Source: an uncultured Verrucomicrobiae bacterium (GTDB taxonomy: Bacteria; Verrucomicrobiota; Verrucomicrobiia; Chthoniobacterales; Chthoniobacteraceae). From it: a DNA stretch of 64,000 nucleotides. The position numbers were made by a program, and so were the translations under genes. The DNA lies in contig CAWHEP010000008.1 of NCBI GenBank assembly GCA_963828525.1, positions 506,445-570,444 on the forward strand. The letters run 5' to 3'. Below are positions 1 to 8,702 of the stretch, piece by piece (position 1 is the first letter of the stretch; the number at the start of each line of letters is the position of its first letter). The notes under the pieces were generated by a model. The model had not been told where the DNA came from, did no database searches, and saw only the letters and a program-made list of their open reading frames with translations.

Positions 1-44
1 CGCCGCGATGCCGGGACCGATAGCCTAAATATTCCGGGAGGACG

Positions 45-523
45 CTAAAAGTCCCCATAAAGCTTCTGCATGTCCCGCAAGTCCTCCGCCTTGAACTTGT
101 CAAAGGTGGGTGCAATTATCTTGTCAGTCTCATAAACCGCCAGCTTCCTATGTTCGCCGAAGGTCGCGGCGATGATCAAGGAGCCATTCCAACCTCCCTC
201 GAACTTGACGGGATTATCGGGCGGCTCACGGTAGTGAGGGTGACATACAAGTAGCTAAAGTGCAGATCGCTTTTGAAGATCGCGAGGCTGATGCCCGCTA
301 TGCACTTTGCTTTGAGAACGCTAAGAATGACTTTTTCTACGTCGGGGGGGAGGCGTAACAGTGGATTCAGAGCGCTGTAAGGCATCAACTCGCCGGAACT
401 CCGTTCGAAGCTCGCTTGCTCGTCAAGCGAGTTAAATAACTCTGGACGCGCTGAAGCGCTCTCCGCTTGGCCTAAGAGAGCGAAGCAGGCCAGCGCGAGG
501 CAGGCGGAAGAATGGGAAGGCAT
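45..523 (-). pseudogene. Putative exported immunity protein (frameshift near 230)
   Basis: ATG 523 starts MPSHSSACLALACFALLGQAESA (signal-peptide-like). After a frameshift the frame reads PPDNPVKFEGGWNGSLIIAATFG...QKLYGDF* (TAG 45-47), matching the paralogous fragment at 1099-1285. Lies 4 bp downstream of the HExxH ORF. Confidence 0.6.
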
Positions 524-527
524 TGTT

Positions 528-833
528 CTATTCAAAGAGATGGGTCGAGAAGCCGTTGACATTCAAGATGAGGTTAAAGTCCTTCGTATTTGGTGAATGG
601 ACTTCGCCGATGAGGGTGTTTTCCCAACCAGGGTTTGGCGAATGGCCGCTGTATTGGTCGATTGCGTTCATCAGGTGACCGGCCTCGTGTGCTACGACCA
701 GATCCGTAGAGTTGACGGAGCGTTTCGCGCGGGCGAAAAGATCAGCGTGCAAGGCGTTGATTTCATCGGCGTACTGCTCGACGGGGATGGAACTCTGCGG
801 ATCTGAATGGGTAATAGAAACGCAGTTGGACAT
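528..833 (-). CDS. Orphan zinc-metallopeptidase-like toxin C-terminal domain
   Basis: Contains VVAHEAGHLM (HExxH); immediately followed by an immunity-like gene; no Rhs core or signal peptide upstream. Confidence 0.5.
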   Translation of the reverse strand: MSNCVSITHSDPQSSIPVEQYADEINALHADLFARAKRSVNSTDLVVAHEAGHLMNAIDQYSGHSPNPGWENTLIGEVHSPNTKDFNLILNVNGFSTHLFE

Positions 834-1054
834 AATTCGCTCGGGTGAAAGTTAAGGATGGCAGGGTGACGTCCACCTGTCAAGGTGTTTTTGGATTTTG
901 GGAGGAGCGGCAACGAGGGTGGTTGATCGCGGGACCGACGCATCGGCGAGGCTTCCTTGCCTCCAGCGGGTTTGCGGATGGGGAGGGGCATCTGCAGGGC
1001 ATTTGTCAAACGCCCCTCCCGGATGCCTCGGCGAGGCTCTCTATCCAACGCGGG

Positions 1055-1285
1055 CGCCGCGATGCCGGGACCGATAGCCTAAATATTTCGGGAGGACGCT
1101 AAAAGTCCCCATAAAGCTTTTTCAGGGCGCGCAAGTCCTGGGCCTTTAATTTGTCAAAAGAGGACGCCATCACATCTGGAGCATTATAGACAGCCAGCTT
1201 CCGGCGCGCCCCGAACGTCGCCACGATAATCAGCGTGCCATTCCACCCTCCCTCGAACTTGACGGGATTATCGGGGCCGCTCACG
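1055..1285. repeat. Diverged duplicate of window positions 1-230 (3' end of immunity gene plus downstream DNA)
   Basis: cgccgcgatgccgggaccgatagcctaaatatt...taaaagtccccataaagctt occurs at 1 and 1055; both encode DNPVKFEGGWNG...KLYGDF* on the minus strand. Confidence 0.85.
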
Positions 1286-1771
1286 GTTCCACAGCGCGAA
1301 CCGATGCGCGAAATGGGCGCCGGCGGAAAAACCGAAGATGAGGATCCTGCCGACGGTGAACTTCTCCTTGCCGGCAATTTGCTGGATTGCTGCCAGTGTC
1401 TCCCCGCCACTCCCTAGAGCCGGGTAGTAATAACCCCTCCCCTCGCGGATTTCGTCCGGTGTCGTATGAAAGCTCGGGGAAACTAAGACCACCCGTTGCT
1501 GGTCGGCAAACCGCGTCCACGCTTCCTGGCTCAGAAACATCCTCCCGTCTCCGTTAAAGCCCGGCACCAAAAGCAGGAGACCGACCGAGCCTTGGGGCTC
1601 TTTTCCTGCGTGCAGCTTCTCCGGGAAGCGGTAGAAAAAGCTGACCCGGCCACTTGCCCCCGGAGTCGGGGAGACAGGCGCTTCCTGGATCGATCCGGCC
1701 AGCCCGTTCCCCTCGCCTACGATCACAGCAAGCAGCGCAAGCGTCACCCGTCGAAGAACCGATATCAACAT
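1268..1771 (-). pseudogene. Exported alpha/beta-hydrolase (esterase-like), C-terminally truncated, copy 1
   Basis: Signal-like N-terminus, LLLVPGFNG, nucleophile elbow IFGFSAGAHF; ends abruptly where it joins the immunity fragment. Confidence 0.65.
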
Positions 1772-1877
1772 AACCCGCCTGACCTTACTGGCTGCAGACG
1801 GAGACGATCCTACCCGCGAGCGATATGAGTACGCGCCTTTAGCTTTGGTTTAAACACTGCCCAAAGCAATGTGTCCC

Positions 1878-2459
1878 CTACCGCTCTAACAACCTGAAGC
1901 GAGGCCCATACTTTTTCGAGAAATAGTCGAACTCAGCAAGCCCCTGATAGGCACCGCCCGCATATCCGACGCTTCTTCCTGTTAGTGACAGGACTTCACC
2001 GGGGCCTCTCTCCAATGGGTACAGTATCTTACAGCGTCTCGGGTTAGTCGCTTTAGGGATCGTCCATCCGCCAAAACGCGGAGATGTGGAAACGTCGCCT
2101 TCCTCAGGAACATTAAAGTAATACCGGTTAAATACATAAATTTTTCCCCATGCATCGTCTCTCGCATCATTTGGATGGCTCGCATTTAACAGCTTCCATT
2201 TTTCCTGACTTCTTGAAAGAAAGCCCTGCACGAAGCGTCTCGCGTCTTCCTCTCGCACCGGTCTGAACTTCCTTATAATCGCCATCAATTTCGGTCCTTG
2301 TGCGGTTATGTTGGTTTCCATCATTCCGTTCCAAGAGGGCGCCGCATCCAATTCGTTACTCAAATGTTTAACGGGATCGCCAGCTAACTGGCCCCTGCCC
2401 GGATTACCGGTAACCAAAAGGATGATGACAACCGTACTAAAAACAAATCGACAGTTCAT
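1878..2459 (-). CDS. Putative exported immunity protein
   Basis: 193 aa, hydrophobic N-terminus MNCRFVFSTVVIILLVTG; 17 bp downstream of a mini-Rhs stop codon. Confidence 0.6.
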   Translation of the reverse strand: MNCRFVFSTVVIILLVTGNPGRGQLAGDPVKHLSNELDAAPSWNGMMETNITAQGPKLMAIIRKFRPVREEDARRFVQGFLSRSQEKWKLLNASHPNDARDDAWGKIYVFNRYYFNVPEEGDVSTSPRFGGWTIPKATNPRRCKILYPLERGPGEVLSLTGRSVGYAGGAYQGLAEFDYFSKKYGPRFRLLER

Positions 2460-2476
2460 TCGCGCCGTTCCTTAAT

Positions 2477-2755
2477 TCACTCCCAGGTCATCGTCAGCAC
2501 GTGATTATAGGTATTGCGATCAGTCCAAACATCAGGCTCTGTAGTGGTGGAATTGAGGTCGAGAGCATTGAACACATACGCCCCCAGCGCCTTGCTATAT
2601 GGCTTCCCGGTATAGCGTATATCCTCCGGCGCGAGCGTGGTTACGCGGAGCTTGCCGTTCATTTCGGGCGCTTCCGTCGAAGCCGCATGCGCGGCGGTTG
2701 CTCCTAGGGCGGCGAGCCCCAGGAGAATGGCGATGATGTGTTTCATTGTTTTCAT
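2477..2755 (-). pseudogene. Signal-peptide mini-Rhs toxin with internal deletion
   Basis: MKTMKHIIAILLGLAALGATAAHA-ASTEAPEMNGKLRVTTLAPEDIRYTGKPYSKALGAYVFNA jumps directly to a 28-aa tail ending TMTWE*; the DPxG motifs and most of the toxin are missing. Confidence 0.75.
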
Positions 2756-3217
2756 GGTGTCTTTCCTGTTTGCGGCTGGAGGCTCGTTTGTGATGGAAAA
2801 CCGGCGCCTCCAGCGGCGCGGGCTTTCCGGGTTGTGGCGCAACCGTCCTCGGTTTGCCAAAAGCTGTCAGCGGAGTGATCCGCAATTCGGTGTCGGACAC
2901 GACGGCAAGCGTCGTCCCAAGCAGGTCGTTTATATCGTAGCTTGTGTGTCCATCCTTGATTCTGGCGATGCAGGAGCCGCCATTTACGTGGGGTTCGATC
3001 ACGTCGTATTCTCCATTCACATAAATGAGGGCGAGGCCGTCCCAGAGATAATCCTCCACTGTTTCCGGAGGGCGGCCCGGGCTCTTCACGACTTGCCCGA
3101 TAGCAAGCTGTCCGTCGGGCCAGTACTCGAAGGTGTTCGAGGAGCCGTCCGGTTGCGTGATCGCAAGAGCCTTGTCGAGGTAGCCGTAGCGATGCACCGC
3201 CTTTTGCTGCCCAACTG
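2752..3217 (-). pseudogene. 3' remnant of YD-repeat Rhs shell gene, copy 1
   Basis: HRYGYLDKALAITQPDGSSNTFEYWPDGQL...EDYLWDGLALI...NDLLGTTLAVV...PLTAFGKP are Rhs-core-like motifs; near-identical to 4982-5447, with an indel near 2800. Confidence 0.75.
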
Positions 3218-3645
3218 AACTTCTCCTTGCCGGCAATTTGCTGGATTGCCGCCAGTGTCTCCGCGCCACTCCCAAGAGCCGGGTAGTAATAACCCCTGCC
3301 CGCGCGAATTTCGTCCACGGTCGTATGAAAGCTCGGGGAAACTAACACCACCCCTTGCTGGTCGGCAAACCGCGTCCCCGCTTCCTGGCTCAGAAACTTC
3401 CTCCCGTCTCCGTTAAAGCCCGGCACCAAAAGCAGGACACTGACCGACGTCCCCGGTTCCCTTCCGCGCGCTTTCTCCTGAAAGCGATAGTAAAAGTCCA
3501 CCTGCCCACGAGCATCCGGACGCACGGCTACGGGGGCCTCCCGCGTCTCTCCGGCCAGCCCATTCCTCCCGCATGCAATGAGAACTAGCAGCGTGAAAAG
3601 TGGCGCTCTCCGTAGAAGCGATATCAACACGATGAGCCTGACCAC
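3218..3645 (-). pseudogene. Exported alpha/beta-hydrolase N-terminal fragment, copy 2
   Basis: Same FYRFxEK...LLLVPGFNGDGR...GRGYYYPALGSG...GKEKF as copy 1, cut before the GFSAG motif and joined to the Rhs remnant. Confidence 0.7.
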
Positions 3646-3677
3646 GCCCTGACGTTTGACCCCTTTATAAGTGGCCT

Positions 3678-4181
3678 TTATTTGTCAAAAGAATATTGCA
3701 CCCCAACTCTCAAGAGTTGCAACGTGGTGATTCGCATTACCTCCTTTGCGGCTAGAGGGATAATCGGCGCAATTACCGTGTCGCCCCCGACATATGAAGC
3801 GCTACCGTCCTCCATGATATTTAGAATGGATGAGGTGTTCTCATTCACAGTCAGCTTGTCTCTCTCAAAATACTCGAATAAAAACTTGGGCATTTTTCCC
3901 CCGACCGCAGGTACTTGGTGCGCCAAAACGATCTTCTCACCCATTTTCAGCCGCGCCATAATTTTTTGGTCATTGTTAATCGTTATTATCAAAAAGCACG
4001 GCCTAGTACCGCAATTCTTGATATAGGCTCCATACTCCATTAACTCGTTCCCGCCGCCGCGCTCCTTCTTTTCGAGCGCAGAAGATTCTGATCCCTTTAG
4101 CGGCACAACGCATGCAATGATCTGAGCGCAGACCAAAGCAAACCACAGTATCGTTCTCATCCACGTTATTACTCGAACCAT
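3678..4181 (-). CDS. Putative exported immunity protein
   Basis: Overlaps the upstream toxin stop; signal-like MRTILWFALVCAQIIAC; AT-richer than surrounding DNA. Confidence 0.6.
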   Translation of the reverse strand: MVRVITWMRTILWFALVCAQIIACVVPLKGSESSALEKKERGGGNELMEYGAYIKNCGTRPCFLIITINNDQKIMARLKMGEKIVLAHQVPAVGGKMPKFLFEYFERDKLTVNENTSSILNIMEDGSASYVGGDTVIAPIIPLAAKEVMRITTLQLLRVGVQYSFDK

Positions 4182-4985
4182 TCCAGAGCCGCAACGGCAC
4201 TGTAAACTCCCTTTGATCCCAGCTTATTTTCTTCCGACCCACTTCCACCAGCACTTTCATCAGCTGGTCTCCATGTTCCATCACTGTCTAGCTCCATTCT
4301 ACGAGTGGCAACCCTAAAGTTAGCTTGTGCAATCAAGATGTCTACCTGCCAAGAAGAATTGGGAACTCCATCCTTCTTCGCCGTCACTGCACCTCCCAAA
4401 CTGTTGCCTTGCGCCTCCGTATAAGCAGCACCAAATGTAATCGTCTTACTGAAGCCGAGGCTGGCCCCAAACGTCGTTGTCTGTGTAATACCTACAGAAC
4501 CTGTAAATTGTAAACTTTGTCCAACATCCCCGGCAGCCCCTACTCCGGTGTCAACCCACCCCATATATTGCAACAGGTACTCGTATTGGGTTCCCTGCTG
4601 CCCGTTGTAATTTGCATCAGGCACCGTGTTGCCGACTACCCAACCGACGTCATCTGGCAGCGGGGGCTGGCCCTGACTTGTTATGAGACCTGTGCTATCA
4701 CAGTCATTGATGGGACGTGAGGTGTATGCGCGATTATTTACCCCGTCTGGGAACCCAGATGGATCCGCCGTCGTCCAGCGGCTCAACTGAGGATCGTACT
4801 CACGAGCATTGAACACATACGCTCCCAGCGCCTTGCTATAAGGCTTGCCGGTATAGCGTATATCCTCCGGCGCGAGCGTGGTTACGCGGAGCCTGCCGTT
4901 ATTTCGGCGTCTCCGCATGCGCGGCGGTTGCTCCTAGGGCGGCGAGCCCCAGGAGAATGGCGATGATGTGTTTCATTGTTTTCAT
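4169..4985 (-). pseudogene. Signal-peptide mini-Rhs toxin (frameshift near 4900), Ser/Thr/Gly-rich toxin domain
   Basis: MKTMKHIIAILLGLAALGATAAHA, then (shifted) NGRLRVTTLAPEDIRYTGKPYSKALGAYVFNAREYDPQLSRWTTADPSGFPDGVNNRAYTSRPINDCDSTGL plus ~170 aa variable domain. Confidence 0.8.
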
Positions 4986-5447
4986 GGTGTCTTTCCTGTT
5001 TGCGGCTGGAGGCTTGTTTGTGATGGAAAGCCCGGCGCCTCCAGCGGCGCGGGCTTTCCGGGTTGTGGCGCAACCGACCTCGGTTTGCCAAAGGCTGTCA
5101 GCGGAGTGATCCGTAATTCGGTGTCGGACACGACGGCAAGCGTCGTCCCAAGCAGGTCGTTTATATCGTAGCTTGTGTGTCCATCCTTGATTCTGGCGAT
5201 GCAGGAACCGCCATTTACGTGGGGTTCGATCACGTCGTACTCTCCACTCACATAGATAAGGGCGAGGCCGTCCCAGAGATAATCCTCCACTGTTTCCGGA
5301 GGGCGGCCCGGGCTCTTCACGACTTGCCCGAACGCAAGCTGTCCGTCGGGCCAGTACTCGAAGGTGTTCGAGGAGCCGTCCGGTTGCGTGATCGCAAGAG
5401 CCTTGTCGAGGTAGCCGTAGCGATGCACCGCCTTTTGCTGCCCAACT
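4982..5447 (-). pseudogene. 3' remnant of YD-repeat Rhs shell gene, copy 2
   Basis: Rhs-like motifs as in copy 1; ends ...PLTAFGKPRSVAPQPGKPAPLEAPGFPSQTSLQPQTGKTP* with its TGA overlapping the ATG of the mini-Rhs gene. Confidence 0.8.
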
Positions 5448-5858
5448 GAACTTCTCCTTGTCGGCAATTTGCTGGATAGCCGCCAGTGTCTCCGAGCCAC
5501 TCCCGAGAGCCGGGTAGTAATAACCCCTCCCCTCGCGGATTTCGTCCGGTGTCGTATGAAAGCTCGGCGAGACTAACACCGCCCCTTGCTGGTCGGCAAA
5601 CTGCGTCCACGCTTCCTGGCTTAGAAACATCCTTCCGTCTCCGTTGAAGCCCGGAACCAGAAGCAGGACACTGACCGACGTCCGCGGGTCCCTTCCGCGC
5701 GCTTTCTCCGGGAAGCGATAGAAAAAGTCCACCTGTCCACCCGCATCCGAGCGCACGGCTACGCGCACCTCCCGCGTTTCTCCAGACAGCCCATTCCTCC
5801 CGCATGCAATGAAGACCAACAGGCCAAGAATTCTTACTGTTCGCGCCACTTGCTGCAC
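5448..5858 (-). pseudogene. Exported alpha/beta-hydrolase N-terminal fragment, copy 3
   Basis: Paralog of 1268-1771 and 3218-3645; same fusion point (KEKF|S) as copy 2. Confidence 0.7.
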
Positions 5859-6133
5859 ATAGTCTCCTCGTCTGCCTACCTCTCATGAGAGTACGCGCTC
5901 GTCGATCCGGCAAAAAGAAGGGTGTCGCCCATCGCCGCTAGCGAACCACCTGAACCCTTACGGATCATTGCGAGATGAGCCTCCTGACGAGAGGGTAGAT
6001 CACTGGCTCCTGATGAGCTCTGTGGAGTATACCCACAGATTGCCAAGTCTTGTTTTAAACCCCACGGTCATCCCTCGCGGATAGGGGCCGAGCTGCTCAC
6101 CGCTCCTGCTAATGGAGGTTTGCATATACGGCA

Positions 6134-6682
6134 TCAACGCGTCGGAGGCGCGGGCGCAGGATATGCCTTCCACATTCTTGCCTGGCCCTTCAGCTCTTCA
6201 ATCTTCTGCCTCTCCGCGTCCCCCTTCAATCCGAATGAAATACAGAAGAAATGCCACTCTTCGTCGGTGATCTTCCCCAGCGCTTCGGCTACCTTCAGCT
6301 TATCCTTGCCCAGATAATTATCTCCGAATGTTTCGCCGTTCTCGCCATCGTGGCTAAACGCCATGAAACACAGGAGCACGAACCGAAACTTTTCGGGAAA
6401 GCTCAAGGAGCGGATCTCAGACATCACCTTCCCGTAATTGGCGTTTTCCATGACATCTGGTTGCACTTCCGCAACCACCGAGGAAATGTGGGGATAGCGG
6501 GATGAATATAGCTTCCCGAGATACATTTGGAAAAAGAGAATATCCGCCTTTGGAATCCGTACCTTCACGTAGGTTACGCCAGGCTCAGCGGCAAGCGCTC
6601 CGCTGAACGCGATGAGCAGCGCAATCGATACAACAACTCCTCTGAGACGCGCGCTTGCTTTCATTCGCATGTGCTGGTTCAC
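6134..6682 (-). CDS. Putative immunity protein, locus family A
   Basis: Signal peptide (...LLIAFSGALA); motif EKFRFVLL...DGENGETFGDNYLG.DK.KV; start overlaps the toxin stop (GTGA). Confidence 0.75.
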   Translation of the reverse strand: MNQHMRMKASARLRGVVVSIALLIAFSGALAAEPGVTYVKVRIPKADILFFQMYLGKLYSSRYPHISSVVAEVQPDVMENANYGKVMSEIRSLSFPEKFRFVLLCFMAFSHDGENGETFGDNYLGKDKLKVAEALGKITDEEWHFFCISFGLKGDAERQKIEELKGQARMWKAYPAPAPPTR

Positions 6683-7225
6683 TCAGAAACCGTTAATGTC
6701 CCAATGAAGAATTCATGAAATATCTCTGGGTCGTTTATGTCTTTTCGATATGGGCTGGCCTTCTGATTGATATAAGTCTTCCCTTCGGACGGCGAATAGG
6801 TGAGGTCCGCCGCGATCTGCGATAGGTCAGAAGCCGATCCCACGATGCAGCCTTGAGTCTGGGTCGAGGTTCCAACATGGATCCGGAAGGCAAACCTTCC
6901 CGCATACGGGCCGTTGTCCCAAGAATCATCCAGTTTTTGATTGTCGTTGGGGTCTAACAGACTGTTGAACAAGCCGAGTTTTCGAGAGTCGCCAAACGGA
7001 ATGGAAAATGAGAAAGTTTGGGACGAATCGCTAGTAAGGGCTGGGATTTGTGATTTGTTGCGACGTAGGCCTGTTGGTTCTGCAAGGATGCTCCATAGCA
7101 GAGCACAAAGGCGCACAACAGCCCCCCTTCCGGCGGCAATCCACTGCTTGGGAGTGCCAATTCCGTGAACGGCGCGCAGCAACTGCGATAAATTGTAAAA
7201 CGCCGCCGCCATCTTGTGACGTTTG

Positions 7226-8539
7226 CTAACAGACTGTTGAACAAGCCGAGTTTTCGAGAGTCGCCAAACGGAATGGAAAATGAGAAAGTTTGGGACGAAT
7301 CGCGAGCCTAAGGGCTGGGATCTGTGATTTGTTGCGACGTAGGCCTGTTGGTTCTGCAAGGATGCTCCATAGCAGAGCACAAAGGCGCACAACAGCCCCC
7401 CTTCCGGCTGCAATCCACTGCTTGGGAGTGCCAATTCCGTGAACGGTGCGCAGCAACTGCGATAAATTGTAAAACGCCGCCGCCATCTTGTGACGTTTGC
7501 TAAGGTTCTCGCGGCCCCGCAACGTGGCTCGCCGCAGCCCGCCGCAATCCAGAACGTGCTCAAAGCTTCGCTCAATATGCTGGCCTCGTCTGCGCAGCAG
7601 GCTCTTTCCGGATTTGCTCTTCACCGCGCATCGCGCGCTTCGCAGCACGGCGCGCTTGGAGTCAGGCAGGTCCCCGCAACGCCGGTTGCGATGCGGGTCA
7701 GTGATGACAGTCCTTATCGCGCACTCTTGCAAGTCCCCCACTTCATCGACCGCGAAATACCCCTTGTCCGCCGTGATGCTGACGCCGGGCTTCTTGATCT
7801 TAATCGCCGGGATTATCGTGTGCAGCGTCGCCACTGCGTCCAAAACCTTTCCGCTCAAGTCCTCCGTGTCGGCCTGATCGCCTAGCATGATCTCTGCCTG
7901 CACGATGATCCCGGTGTCCAAGTCCACCGTGTGTTCGGGCTTGTAGGTCATGTCCGTCGCGCCGTCCTTGGTCTTGCCCACCTTCGCGTCAGGGTCGTGC
8001 GGGTTCACCCAATCCTTGTTACTTGTCTTGCGCCCCGGGCGCTTCATGTCAAAGCGGCGAACCGCTGCCGCGTCTTGCTCGTCCACTCCGGCGTCTTTGG
8101 CCAGGCGCTTCACATACTCCCAGTAAGCCTCTTCCGTGTTGCGGCTGACGAGGCTCCGCAGGCTGGCGTTGGCCTCAATCACGCTGCTGTCTATCCCCAG
8201 ATTGCGACCTTTCAGTAGCCCTTGGGTGCGGATCGCCTCCAGGATCAATTCGAACACCCCTTGGTAAATATCCACTCCGAGGCGCTGCCGGATCACCGTC
8301 AGGCTCGAATGCTCAGGCGTTGGCTCGCTCAGGCTGTATCCCAGAAAGCCGCGGGCGCTCAACGAATCGGCGCAGCGCGACGAGATCGCACGCTCGCTTT
8401 CCAACCCCTCGAAGAAGCCGACCATCAGCATCTTTAGATAGACAACCGGATCAATGCCCGGCCGCCCTCCCTTGGATACGTCTGCATAAGCGGGCTTGCA
8501 CAATTCATATACCCTCTCAGCAAAGCCGATCTCTTCCAA
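7226..8539 (-). CDS. IS1182-family DDE transposase (true start probably ~8646, indel near 8570)
   Basis: GRPGIDPVVYLKMLMVGFFEGLESER...TPEHSSL...IDSSVIEANAS...DPDA...ADKGY...IERSF. Confidence 0.85.
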   Translation of the reverse strand: MEEIGFAERVYELCKPAYADVSKGGRPGIDPVVYLKMLMVGFFEGLESERAISSRCADSLSARGFLGYSLSEPTPEHSSLTVIRQRLGVDIYQGVFELILEAIRTQGLLKGRNLGIDSSVIEANASLRSLVSRNTEEAYWEYVKRLAKDAGVDEQDAAAVRRFDMKRPGRKTSNKDWVNPHDPDAKVGKTKDGATDMTYKPEHTVDLDTGIIVQAEIMLGDQADTEDLSGKVLDAVATLHTIIPAIKIKKPGVSITADKGYFAVDEVGDLQECAIRTVITDPHRNRRCGDLPDSKRAVLRSARCAVKSKSGKSLLRRRGQHIERSFEHVLDCGGLRRATLRGRENLSKRHKMAAAFYNLSQLLRTVHGIGTPKQWIAAGRGAVVRLCALLWSILAEPTGLRRNKSQIPALRLAIRPKLSHFPFRLATLENSACSTVC

Positions 8540-8702
8540 CTTTCGGTCTACAAGCTCATAGAAGCGGCTGGCGTCGCCTTCGGCAACTGGCTCGTCGCTA
8601 TCCAGAACTCCGACTGCTTTTCTTTCTTCCGTCGTTGTTCAAACACGACTCCATTTTTACACCAAGCACCCGTTGCAAAACGAGGCGTTTTTCAACAGTC
8701 TC
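7230..8702 (-). mobile_element. IS1182-like insertion sequence, inner copy
   Basis: Ends CAGACTGTTGAA and TTCAACAGTCTC; CTAA duplication at 7226-7229 and 8703-8706; 1473 bp. Confidence 0.9.

Noticed and set aside
2752..5858. ORFs 2752-3645 and 4899-5858 as real ~300-aa proteins
   Set aside because: They are hydrolase fragments reading out of frame through the Rhs remnant.
6679..7575. 298-aa ORF as a single gene
   Set aside because: Chance read-through of IS ends into the 3' half of the interrupted toxin gene.
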